Of a stretch of 64,000 nucleotides of DNA, positions 20,241 through 29,259 are shown one piece after another. Every line of letters starts with the position of its first letter. The first letter of the stretch is position 1. The notes below the pieces were generated by a model. That model did no database searches. It saw nothing but the letters and a program-made list of their open reading frames with translations, and was not told the origin of the DNA. This stretch comes from an uncultured delta proteobacterium (GTDB lineage: Bacteria > Desulfobacterota > RBG-13-43-22), in the NCBI GenBank assembly GCA_963802945.1, contig CAWDKY010000014.1:128001-192000 (forward strand). The letters run 5' to 3'. A program made the position numbers and the translations under genes.

Positions 20241-21416
20241 ATGATTGATTTTTCATTTACGCCCAAAACGTTAAAAGCCAAAAAGAAATCCAAAGAAGCA
20301 GCAGAATTTTTAAAAAGCATTACCCGCTATTACGATGAATATGAACATGAAGAATTAAAGGAAAACGAAATAAAGACGGCCAAAGAATATGGAAAAGCCG
20401 TCATGGATATATTGGCCGAGCCCGGTCCGGGGGATGGCCAGTTCCTGACGGGAATTATCAACAGCGAAGAGCGTTGCACCGGAGACCCGATGATGTCCCA
20501 GACCGTGGCCAATTTCGGACTCGGCAATGCGGCTATCCGGGCCGTAGCCACACCGGAACAGAAAGAACGCTTCGGTAATTTATTTTGTGCCATGGCTATC
20601 ACCGAACCCGGTTTCGGGTCCGATACGGCCGCTGTATCCACCACCGCCAAACTCGATCCTGAAACAAACGAGTGGATTCTGAATGGCGAGAAGATCTTCG
20701 TGACCTCGGGTAAACGTTGCAATGCCGTAGTAGCCTGGGCCACGCTGGATAAAAGCAAGGGACGGGCGGCCATTAAAAGTTTTGTGGTCGAAAAATTTCG
20801 CAAGGGGTGTACGTTGACCAAGCTGGAACATAAGTTAGGAATCAGGGTATCGGACACCGCCTCGATTGTTTTCGAAGACTGCCGCATCCCCTATGACAAC
20901 ATCCTGGGTTCGCCGGAGATTAAAGAAGCCAAGGGCGGACAGGTGGGTGTCCTGGCCACCTTCGACGCCACCAGACCGGGAGTGGCCTCTCAGGCCATCG
21001 GTGTGGCCAGGGCTGCCCTGGAGTTCACCAAAGAGAAACTGGAAGAGGCGGGAGTTACCTTTCCCTACGACCGTGGTATTCATTCGTTGAGCGCCGTTCA
21101 GAAAGAAATACTGGATATGGAGGCCAATCTTGAGGCGGCCCGACTTCTGGTCTGGCAATCGGCCTCTATGCTCGACAAGGCCCTCCGAAACAGTCTGGAA
21201 TCCTCCATGGGAAAGGCCAAAGCCGGCAAGGCAGCCTCGCAGGTTTGCCAGAGATGCGTGGCCCTGCTCGGGCCTCTTGGCTACTCCCGTGAATGGCTGG
21301 CGGAAAAATGGATGCGGGATGTCAAAATCAACGACATTTTCGAGGGAACCGGTCAGATCCAGATGCTGGTGGTCTGCCGTCAGATCCTGGGGTTTTCGCG
21401 CAATCAGTTAAAGTAA
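20241..21416 (+). CDS. Acyl-CoA dehydrogenase (FadE23-like)
   Basis: AMAITEPGFGSD, LNGEKIFVTSG, KLGIRVSDTA, DIFEGTGQIQ. Confidence 0.92.
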   Translation: MIDFSFTPKTLKAKKKSKEAAEFLKSITRYYDEYEHEELKENEIKTAKEYGKAVMDILAEPGPGDGQFLTGIINSEERCTGDPMMSQTVANFGLGNAAIRAVATPEQKERFGNLFCAMAITEPGFGSDTAAVSTTAKLDPETNEWILNGEKIFVTSGKRCNAVVAWATLDKSKGRAAIKSFVVEKFRKGCTLTKLEHKLGIRVSDTASIVFEDCRIPYDNILGSPEIKEAKGGQVGVLATFDATRPGVASQAIGVARAALEFTKEKLEEAGVTFPYDRGIHSLSAVQKEILDMEANLEAARLLVWQSASMLDKALRNSLESSMGKAKAGKAASQVCQRCVALLGPLGYSREWLAEKWMRDVKINDIFEGTGQIQMLVVCRQILGFSRNQLK

Positions 21417-21439
21417 AAATACTTTTTCTATTTTAAACT

Positions 21440-21490
21440 AAAACAGGTAACCCCCGAGGTTTTTAGTTCTTGGAGTTACCTGTTTTTTTT
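21440..21490. terminator. Intrinsic terminator between convergent genes
   Basis: AAAACAGGTAAC...GTTACCTGTTTT followed by a T run. Confidence 0.75.
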
Positions 21491-21567
21491 ACCTTCCCGA
21501 AAAGTATTAAACGTTAGCTGATCCAGGACTTAGGTTCAGGGTAAACGGTGTACGGGTTTTTTCTAAT

Positions 21568-22335
21568 TTACTTCCAACCGCCGCGTGCCCCGCGTCCCAT
21601 ACCTAAGGGGCCGACCGGCCAGTTAAAACCCGTGGTCATCACGATATCGATATCCTCGGCCGTGGCCAGGCCCTCTTCCACAATTTTGTTACATTCGGCT
21701 CTTAAGGCACGATAAACCCGGTTGCCGATGAAACCAGTGTCCCCTGGCCTGTCTTTGACTTTTACTGGCATCTTTCCCCATCTGCGTCCCAGCTCCATGG
21801 TGATTTCGATTACCTCAGGCATCACATCCTTTGTCCAGATGACTTCACAGCCTTTCATGACGTTGGCCGGGCTGAAGAAGTGCATACCGATGAAACGATC
21901 CTTACGGGTCGTCACTGCCGCCAGATCGGCGATGGTGAAGAATGAGGTGTTGCTGGCGAAAATGGCCTCCTTCTTGACGACTTTGTCCATTTCGCTGAAC
22001 ACCTTGATCTTGACGCCCTTGTCTTCCATCACACCGGTTGTTCCGCCGATGGCCTCGATCATGAAATCTACGTTTTTTAAATCATCGACCTTACTGGTTA
22101 CCGTGAAAAGGGACAAGGCTTTGTCCGCCTGTTCCTTGGTCAACTTGCCCCGCTGAACTGCGCCGGCCAAGCCAAAACGGCCGTTGGCAACGCTATCTCT
22201 GGTTTTGGCCACGATTTCGTCGGTCAGATCACGGCAAATAACTTTGTACCCGGCCAGGATCGCCGATTGACTGATCCCTTGTCCCATCAGACCACCACCA
22301 AGCACACCGATTGTTTTGATGTCATTAATGTTCAT
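21568..22335 (-). CDS. 3-hydroxyacyl-CoA dehydrogenase family protein
   Basis: GGGLMG, ASNTS, GMHFFSPA, GFIGNR, WPVGP. Confidence 0.92.
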   Translation of the reverse strand: MNINDIKTIGVLGGGLMGQGISQSAILAGYKVICRDLTDEIVAKTRDSVANGRFGLAGAVQRGKLTKEQADKALSLFTVTSKVDDLKNVDFMIEAIGGTTGVMEDKGVKIKVFSEMDKVVKKEAIFASNTSFFTIADLAAVTTRKDRFIGMHFFSPANVMKGCEVIWTKDVMPEVIEITMELGRRWGKMPVKVKDRPGDTGFIGNRVYRALRAECNKIVEEGLATAEDIDIVMTTGFNWPVGPLGMGRGARGGWK

Positions 22336-22549
22336 TGCTGCTCCTCCTTTTTGGTTTTTTCTTCATTGCTTATTGATTCAAAAGGTATAAAGAAAATAGA
22401 TTATCTGTCAAGGAAATTTTTTAGAAGAAAAAAAGGACAGAAGGCGCCTTCACAAGAAAATCGGACAATGCAGACAAGACCCCCCTAATAGGTTTCTTTC
22501 TTGAGGAACTCCGTAAGAATCCTTTTTGTAATGGTATTTGACAAATTAT

Positions 22550-22719
22550 CCATATAATACGAATATCGTTTTATCTCTTTATTTTCATTAAATACGAATT
22601 TGTGTAGATATGTATCTCTTTATTATTATGTAAATTTTACCTGTTATCAAATAGGATGGTGTGTTATAATATTATGTAAAACATCGGGGAAAAAGAACTT
22701 CGTATGTTAATTGTTCGGC
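22550..22719 (+). promoter_or_regulatory. AT-rich attI/Pc-like head of the cassette array
   Basis: Direct repeats AATACGAAT, TATCTCTTTATT and ATTATGTAAA (twice each), extended -10 TGTTATAAT, and core site GTTCGGC at 22713 just before the first cassette gene. Confidence 0.45.
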
Positions 22720-22732
22720 AGAGGGAATAATT

Positions 22733-23335
22733 ATGAAACAAACCATTTCACCACTCTACAAAGATGATGAGGGGATTCAGAGGGTTATTCTGAATCCCAA
22801 GGTTCCTATACCGATGCAAGTATGCAATGCCTGCTGGAATATTCTCGACAATGATACAGCGTATTGTCGTAGGTGCGGTAATGTTGGCACAGTGTTTTCT
22901 ACCGCAAGTGCAGTTCATCAAAAATGCTTCAGTCATGAGTCGAAAAGCGCTGTCCATTTTTGCAATTATTGTAGCAGGCCGTTTTGTGAAGAATGTTTGG
23001 AGATCAACAAGGAAAGCATCTTGGCAATGGGTATGTATTCATATTATTGCCACCTCTGTCTTTCAGACATTGAAAGAATAAAGCAACAACATTCAGGTAG
23101 AGATAAGACTATTTGTTCCAGGCACACCGACCGGCATGCAACGCTGACTTGTGTGGCCTGTGGGGAAAGAGTTTGTTCATTTTGCGCATATCATCCGATT
23201 GTAGGGTTGTTTAGAAAGCGGGTCGAAGATAGAATCTTCTGTTTTTCTTGTATCAGAGGTCTTATCTATGAGCGTAAGTTCAAATATAGCGTAATTGATC
23301 AGTTCGTAAAGGTGTTTGAGCAATATATATTTTGA
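22733..23335 (+). CDS. Cassette gene 1: zinc ribbon plus B-box-like zinc finger protein
   Basis: CxxC..CxxC followed by two CxxH-x7-CxxC-x3-CxxC...CxxC units. Confidence 0.65.
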   Translation: MKQTISPLYKDDEGIQRVILNPKVPIPMQVCNACWNILDNDTAYCRRCGNVGTVFSTASAVHQKCFSHESKSAVHFCNYCSRPFCEECLEINKESILAMGMYSYYCHLCLSDIERIKQQHSGRDKTICSRHTDRHATLTCVACGERVCSFCAYHPIVGLFRKRVEDRIFCFSCIRGLIYERKFKYSVIDQFVKVFEQYIF

Positions 23336-23347
23336 TGATTTGAAGTG

Positions 23348-23406
23348 ACCGAACGCGAGTCGTTCCACCGGATCACGTACCGCTCCCCGTGATTCGGGCG
23401 TTCGGC
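23348..23406 (+). mobile_element. attC site 1 (59 bp)
   Basis: R'' ACCGAAC...R' GTTCGGC with internal imperfect palindrome (GGATCACG/CGTGATTC), just after the stop codon. Confidence 0.75.
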
Positions 23407-23460
23407 GTAGCGGACAAATTCCCCACTTTTGGGGCATGCTTCAAGGCGGAGTGATTTGAG

Positions 23461-24007
23461 ATGTCTGATCAACAAATCGGAAAGAAGATGCTGGAAGGGT
23501 TCGAGTTGGAACCGTTTCTGGAGGCCTACAAATGGGTAACGGGTGATGCTCTTAGAGTAGCCGAGGCCAACGACAGCCCTGACTTTATTTGTGAACGTCC
23601 TGACGGCAGTCGGGTGGGTGTCGAATTGACAAAGGTCACCCGTGACAAGAATCTTATCTTTGCTGAAAAGGTTCTGGATAGAAAATATAAGATTGACCCT
23701 TATGAGGCAACCGACATTATTCACTACTTGCTGGAAAGGAAAGAGGAAAGCAGAGCTGCCCGCTATGTACTGAAGGCGGCGAAAAACATGCTCGTACTTC
23801 AAGCTTGTCGATGGCAGCCTTGATAATATCATGTGGGTTTTTGACAGGCTACAAGATGATTTTGTTGACCATGGATTCGAAGAGGTATGGCTTGCCGATT
23901 ATTCTGGATATGAGGCCTATGGTGATATTGAGCTGTTCGGTCTCTTTCCTGCCCAATGGTGGGGTTATCACCAGCGTCCGTGCCCATATCGAAAACCATA
24001 TGGTTAA
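23461..24007 (+). CDS. Cassette gene 2: PD-(D/E)xK-like hypothetical protein, apparent +1 frameshift near 23801
   Basis: SPDFICERPDGSRVGVELT motif; second frame LVDGSLDN...YRKPYG* ends directly before attC2. Confidence 0.6.
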
Positions 24008-24012
24008 AAGGT

Positions 24013-24078
24013 GCCGAACAAGGCGCTGAACCCGATCGTGGCCCTGTCGGGCCACTCCCGGTGAGTTTCTTGTTAGGC
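24013..24078 (+). mobile_element. attC site 2 (66 bp)
   Basis: R'' GCCGAAC, central palindrome GTGGCCC/GGGCCAC, R' GTTAGGC. Confidence 0.85.
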
Positions 24079-24088
24079 AATATTAAAA

Positions 24089-24652
24089 ATGTCAAAAATA
24101 CAAAAAGATTTCGAGCTGTTGAGAAAGCACTGCATTGAGTTGAGGCAGAATTTCAATACTTACGCAGAATTGTTCAATGAAGAGAACCGAGAAATTCTGT
24201 CAAGGGTAGCAGCTACTTTTTTTTCAGATATCGCAGAAATTATGCAACGAGATTGGATCCTTCAAGCTTGTAAATTAATGGATCTAGCCATCACAAAACG
24301 GAAAAGGATTGAATTAGAAAATATAACAATCCGATTAATTAATAATCAGCTAAAAACCTGCTTATTATTAACTCAGGAAATTCAAAAAGTAACAGAATCA
24401 ATTTTGAAGTTCGGAGAAAAAATCAAACCTGCCCGACATAAAAGGTTAGCACACTATGATAGAGAGCATCAGGTAAAAGGGATAACTTTAGGGCAAATAT
24501 CTGAGGAAGAACTCTTAAATTTCATGAAAGATATACAACAGTACTGCGATTTAGTTGGAAACGCTATAGGAGTTGGGCCACTGGATTTCTCTAATTCAAG
24601 CTGTAAAGGTGATGTATTAGATTTTCTAAAAGTTCTGCATGAAAAAGTATAA
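24089..24652 (+). CDS. Cassette gene 3: HEPN-like (AbiU2-like) protein
   Basis: Predicted all-helical, RHKRLAH (Rx4-6H) motif, low GC. Confidence 0.65.
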   Translation: MSKIQKDFELLRKHCIELRQNFNTYAELFNEENREILSRVAATFFSDIAEIMQRDWILQACKLMDLAITKRKRIELENITIRLINNQLKTCLLLTQEIQKVTESILKFGEKIKPARHKRLAHYDREHQVKGITLGQISEEELLNFMKDIQQYCDLVGNAIGVGPLDFSNSSCKGDVLDFLKVLHEKV

Positions 24653-24655
24653 GTT

Positions 24656-24710
24656 TCCTAACATTCACATCCATCGGACACTAAACGCGCCGGTGATTTA
24701 AGCGTTATTA
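24656..24710 (+). mobile_element. attC site 3 (55 bp)
   Basis: R'' TCCTAAC...GTT; internal CATCGG/CCGGTG pairing; its end overlaps the stop of the convergent CAP gene. Confidence 0.7.
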
Positions 24711-25217
24711 AGGTTGAATGAGGAGAGAGGTCAAGCGCCCCTCAGCCCTGCCCACTCCATGCCTGGTAAAACGGCAATCCAGCATATTTCTCCGGTGACT
24801 CGGGTTATGCAGCCAGATCTCGTAAACTTCTTTTCCGGTTTTTGGACCAGAAGCGATATTTTCGGCGGCTGCGGAGAAAACAAGATTCGCCGCTTCCAGC
24901 CGGTCGAAAGGATCTTTGCCGTCAGGATTGGTGTGACTGAAAAAGTTCCGTGAAGCCATGTCCCGGCTATGGTTAAACGCGACGACCGCAATCCGGTCAT
25001 CCCACTTCAATTCCGGACAACCAATATTCTGCCGCCGGGCATTAACACAACGTATAAATTCCCGGATCTCGGGATCAACAGGGCCGGACCGGATCGGTTC
25101 TTCTTTGGAATAGCCCGAAGAAAACAAAAAAACCAGAATCAGAATACTGACTGCCGGCAGATACTTCAAGTGCCCCTTGCCGATTACATTTGAGCAAACC
25201 GGAACCTTTCTTTTCAT
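24708..25217 (-). CDS. CAP/SCP domain protein
   Basis: VNARR, HSRDMA..FFSH, AAENIA, WLHNPSHRRNML; N-terminal hydrophobic segment. Confidence 0.88.
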   Translation of the reverse strand: MKRKVPVCSNVIGKGHLKYLPAVSILILVFLFSSGYSKEEPIRSGPVDPEIREFIRCVNARRQNIGCPELKWDDRIAVVAFNHSRDMASRNFFSHTNPDGKDPFDRLEAANLVFSAAAENIASGPKTGKEVYEIWLHNPSHRRNMLDCRFTRHGVGRAEGRLTSLLIQP

Positions 25218-25230
25218 AAAGAAGCCGGAG

Positions 25231-26667
25231 TCATGTTCTGGAAACCAGTATCTCCAACAGTCTTTCGTGAATATTATCAAATCCGCCGTTGGACATGATC
25301 AAAACCACATCATTGCTCTTTAGATGGTGTGAAAGAAATTTCAATATTTCATCCGTATCCGGAAAATAGCTGGCTTGTTTACCGGAAGCGATCAGCTCCT
25401 CAACCAATCGGGCCGATGAAAATCGTTCCCCTTCCGGTATCTTTTCCAGGCCGGGGGCCTCCCGGATCAGGATCAGAGCGGCTCCATCAAAGGATGAAAC
25501 ATATTCCTGTTGAAAAATATTGCGCCGGCTGGTATTGGTCCGGGGTTCAAAGACGGCGATCAATCTCCGGCCAGGATATTGCGATCTGACGGCCCGTAAG
25601 GTCTCCCGAACCGCCGTCGGATGGTGGGCAAAGTCATCGATCACAGTGACTCCGGCCTTGATCCCTCGGATTTCCTGACGGCGATGGACCCCTTGAAAGC
25701 CGGCTAATCCCTGGGCAATTGACTCGGGCTTCAAGCCCACGTGGAGCAAGATCGGAATCAGCGAGAGAAAATTCAAGGCATTATGTTCCCCGGGCATTGG
25801 GGAATCAAAACTATACCAATACGCACTGCGGCGATAAATTTTGAAACGGCTGCCGTTTTCATGGGTGGTCAAATCTTCCAAATGCCAGTCCCATTGATTT
25901 TCCATTCCATAGGTTTCCACCGGACAGGAGGCCAGGTGAATAATTTCCTGAATCCGGGGCTCGGCCCCGTAGGCCGCCAATAACCCATCTTCTGAAATAA
26001 TGGACAGGAATCGGCCAAAGGCCTTCTGTATGGTCTTTACATCAGGATAAATATCGGCATGGTCGAATTCGATGCTGGTCAAAACCGCATAGTAGGGTTG
26101 GTAATGCAAAAACTTTGGACCTTTGTCAAAAAAAGCCGTGTCGTATTCGTCCCCTTCAATCACAAAAAACGGCCCGCTGCCAAGCTGATAATTCCGTTCA
26201 TAGCCCTTAAGGATACCGCCGATCATAAAAGATGGAGATAAACCGGCTTGATCAAGGATAGAAGCCAATAAAGACGAAGTCGTCGTCTTGCCATGGGTCC
26301 CGGTCACCACCATAGGGATCTTTTTCTTGAGAAAAAATCGGGCCAGGGCCTGAGGCAGAGAAAGAAAAGGCAGCTTAAGGCGTATCAGTTCCTGGGCCTC
26401 GGGATTGACCTGAGTGATGACGTTTCCCACGATGACCAGATCAGGACGCCTTTTGAGGTTTTCCGGCCTGTAGTCCTGCATAACCTCGATCCCCATACTC
26501 GTAAGGAAAGAGCTCATGGGTGGATAAACCGCCTGGTCGGAGCCGGTGATATGAAATCCCTGCTCTTTAAGCATCCCGGCCAGAGAACCCATAGCGGTGC
26601 CGCAGATGCCCATCAGATGGATGTGTTTGATTTTTTCAGGGAGATAATTCTCCGTCAGGTCGATCAT
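25231..26667 (-). CDS. mpl: UDP-MurNAc:L-Ala-gamma-D-Glu-meso-DAP ligase
   Basis: GICGTAMGSLA, YPPMS, GTHGKTTT, EGDEYDTAFFDK, DDFAHHPTA. Confidence 0.93.
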   Translation of the reverse strand: MIDLTENYLPEKIKHIHLMGICGTAMGSLAGMLKEQGFHITGSDQAVYPPMSSFLTSMGIEVMQDYRPENLKRRPDLVIVGNVITQVNPEAQELIRLKLPFLSLPQALARFFLKKKIPMVVTGTHGKTTTSSLLASILDQAGLSPSFMIGGILKGYERNYQLGSGPFFVIEGDEYDTAFFDKGPKFLHYQPYYAVLTSIEFDHADIYPDVKTIQKAFGRFLSIISEDGLLAAYGAEPRIQEIIHLASCPVETYGMENQWDWHLEDLTTHENGSRFKIYRRSAYWYSFDSPMPGEHNALNFLSLIPILLHVGLKPESIAQGLAGFQGVHRRQEIRGIKAGVTVIDDFAHHPTAVRETLRAVRSQYPGRRLIAVFEPRTNTSRRNIFQQEYVSSFDGAALILIREAPGLEKIPEGERFSSARLVEELIASGKQASYFPDTDEILKFLSHHLKSNDVVLIMSNGGFDNIHERLLEILVSRT

Positions 26668-26680
26668 GATTTTACCTTAA

Positions 26681-26843
26681 CAGGTTGCTGAAAAAGACCC
26701 ATCAATCCCGCTACCGGCGGGATTGCCATCACCCCTCGTCTTTGCGGCGTACTTGTTTGTACGCCTCATTCCTCGGGATTTCGGGACGTCTTGTATCTAG
26801 ACCTTTTTGAGCAACCTGTAAAAAAGAGTTTTTCCGCATCCTG
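26681..26843 (+). mobile_element. MITE family 1, copy 2, carrying an extra internal palindrome
   Basis: TTAA-CAGGTTGCTGAAAAA...TTTTTCCGCATCCTG-TTAA; extra AATCCCGCTACCGGCGGGATT absent from copies 1 and 3. Confidence 0.85.
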
Positions 26844-26871
26844 TTAATTTGTGCTTGGAGTTGTATAGATG

Positions 26872-28584
26872 TTATTTTGGCTTTATCTGCAGGCTGCGCA
26901 GGCGATTGACAGCCCCGGCGATTTCAAAGAGCCTGGGCCTGCCCAGGTTTCCAACTGGATAGGGCATCAGAATATCCAGCCCTTTCTCTTCGATCTCGGC
27001 CAGGGCCTTTTCTAAGCCTTCCTTGAGACAGGGGCTATTATCCAAATACTTGTTGGCATAAAGGTGAATGCACCGGCCGATGGCCCGGGTTTGACTGGTT
27101 TCCACTAACTGTTCCAGAAAAGACAGGTCAATGAACTGTTCTCCGTAAACAATGGTTTCCAGACCCTTGGCATCGATGCGGACTTCTCTGTTCCCCCGGC
27201 TGGGATCAAAACTTTCGGGTTTGGGCTGTCTGGCGGTAATTTCTCCAAAACCCTCGCCGCCTTCATCTATACGTTGAACCGGAAATTTTTGGGCAATGGC
27301 CCGGGCTTCCTGGGTCACGGCAAAAGGGCGGTAATTATTCATCCAGATGACTGTATCGGCCACTTCAAAGTAGTCCCCGGAACCCCCCATGACCAAAATG
27401 GTGGAAACCCCCAGGTCCTGATAGAGCTGGCGGACCTTGTCGATAAAAGGGGTGATCGGTTCATGGGCCTTCTGCACCAGTTCCTGCATACGCCGGTCCC
27501 GAATCATGAAATTGGTGGCTGAGGTGTCCTCATCAATCAGCAAAACTTTTGCCCCCATTTCCAGGGCCTCCATAATATTCGCGGCCTGCGAAGTGCTGCC
27601 GCTGGCGTTGTCGGTGCTGAAACGAAGCGTATCCCGAAGTAAGGGAAGTGATTTGATGAATGAGCTGATATTGACTTTTTCCACAAACCGGCCGTCTTCG
27701 GCCCTGATTTTTACCGTTGCCGCAGCAGTGACCACATATTCCCGTCCATCTCCTGGAATATGGCTATAGATCCCCAGTTCCAGGGCCCGCAGGAGGGTGG
27801 ATTTTCCCTGAAAGCCTCCACCGACAATCAGGGTGACCCCTTTGGACAGTCCGAGTCCGTTAATCAATCCTTTATGAGGAAGCTGGAAAGATACGGAGAT
27901 TTCCTGAGGGGGATAAAAGGGGACAGCCCCCATGGTCAACGGACGGGCGCTGATGCCGCTTTCCCTGGGCAGGATCGCCCCTTCGGGGATAAAGGCCACC
28001 AGCCCTTTTTCGTCAAGGGCCGATCTCAACCACTCCTGGTCCTCATAGGCATCAACAAAGTGCTTTACCTTAAGTCCCATATTGGGAAACTGAAAGACCC
28101 CTTGCTGAATAACCTTGGGCAGGTCTTCAAAAAAGATGGAAACTGCCTCCATGCCCTGAATGTTTCGCCCGGCAGACGGCAGGCCGACAGTCAGGCGCAG
28201 TTCCAGGGTTTCTCCGTCAATGATTACAGCCGATCGTTCCAGGATTTCCGGGCCGCCGGATTCGATAAACAAATGACCTCTACTCCCTGTGTCCCGGTGT
28301 TTGGAAGAAAGGTTCTGTATGGCTTGCTGGACCTGCCGACCGATAAAATCGCAAAAGCCGATCCGGCGGGTCTTGTTTTCCCACAGATCCGAAAATATCT
28401 TCCATTTTTTCAAGGAAAGGATTACCCGAAACCGGGACGGCGGGGCAAAAGGATCGGGTTGGACGCGATCGATAGACAGTTCATATTGGGAAAAAAGATA
28501 AAGGCCTTCGATATCCTGATAGGCCTTGTAGCCTTTATCATGAATACGGAACAGGGTCTTTTTCAAATCATCGGCTGATTTCAT
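26872..28584 (-). CDS. Predicted ABC-class ATPase (COG3044-like)
   Basis: VQPDPFAPPS, Walker A GGGFQGKS, NASGSTSQAA, Walker B LLIDEDTSATNFM. Confidence 0.85.
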   Translation of the reverse strand: MKSADDLKKTLFRIHDKGYKAYQDIEGLYLFSQYELSIDRVQPDPFAPPSRFRVILSLKKWKIFSDLWENKTRRIGFCDFIGRQVQQAIQNLSSKHRDTGSRGHLFIESGGPEILERSAVIIDGETLELRLTVGLPSAGRNIQGMEAVSIFFEDLPKVIQQGVFQFPNMGLKVKHFVDAYEDQEWLRSALDEKGLVAFIPEGAILPRESGISARPLTMGAVPFYPPQEISVSFQLPHKGLINGLGLSKGVTLIVGGGFQGKSTLLRALELGIYSHIPGDGREYVVTAAATVKIRAEDGRFVEKVNISSFIKSLPLLRDTLRFSTDNASGSTSQAANIMEALEMGAKVLLIDEDTSATNFMIRDRRMQELVQKAHEPITPFIDKVRQLYQDLGVSTILVMGGSGDYFEVADTVIWMNNYRPFAVTQEARAIAQKFPVQRIDEGGEGFGEITARQPKPESFDPSRGNREVRIDAKGLETIVYGEQFIDLSFLEQLVETSQTRAIGRCIHLYANKYLDNSPCLKEGLEKALAEIEEKGLDILMPYPVGNLGRPRLFEIAGAVNRLRSLQIKPK

Positions 28585-28727
28585 GCCTTCGCTCCTAACG
28601 ATTTTTTAAGATTAATATCAAAATCCGTAGAGGGTGTCATTAAAGAAATGACCCAGTCCCTTTTTTCTCCTTGAACTTCCCCTTAGCATCTTTTATGCTC
28701 TTTTCAACTCAAAGGAATTTTTACTTT

Positions 28728-29051
28728 ATGAAGCCAACGCAAAGTATGGTACTTGATTCTTATAAAGAACACTTCAAGGAAGCCTTAAATAATTACGAGA
28801 GTATTTTGGGCATCTTAGATCAATTTGAACTTGAGCTTCCCTATGACGACAATGAGTCTTTCCCGGAAGATTGGCCGGAAGATCCCACGGCCCTTTTGGG
28901 ACAATATCTTGAAATCTTGGAATTTAGTGAAATAGAGGAAGATGAGTTCCGATGCAGTGTGAATGATTTGGTTGAGAGCAACGGTGCGGAATGGTTTTGG
29001 GGCAACAGGATGAGGCTGGCAGCGGAGATTGAATTTATACGCAGGTTGTAG
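28728..29051 (+). CDS. Acidic hypothetical protein
   Basis: 107-aa ORF preceded by TTGAAC-17-TATGCT; no family recognised. Confidence 0.6.
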   Translation: MKPTQSMVLDSYKEHFKEALNNYESILGILDQFELELPYDDNESFPEDWPEDPTALLGQYLEILEFSEIEEDEFRCSVNDLVESNGAEWFWGNRMRLAAEIEFIRRL

Positions 29052-29259
29052 CCTAACAGTAAGCAAAAAATAAAAGAGGACATCCGTCCCCCCCGTATTT
29101 TATCAAGCCGTAGACTTTGATTTTTAATGCCCCGTGTGCCAGCATAGGATTCTTTACTAATTTATATTATTAATAAATAATATAATAATTATTAATTGGA
29201 CAAATGCTAATTGTTTCTTTATTCTTGCCGAAAAAATATTGATTATATGAACAAAGCCC

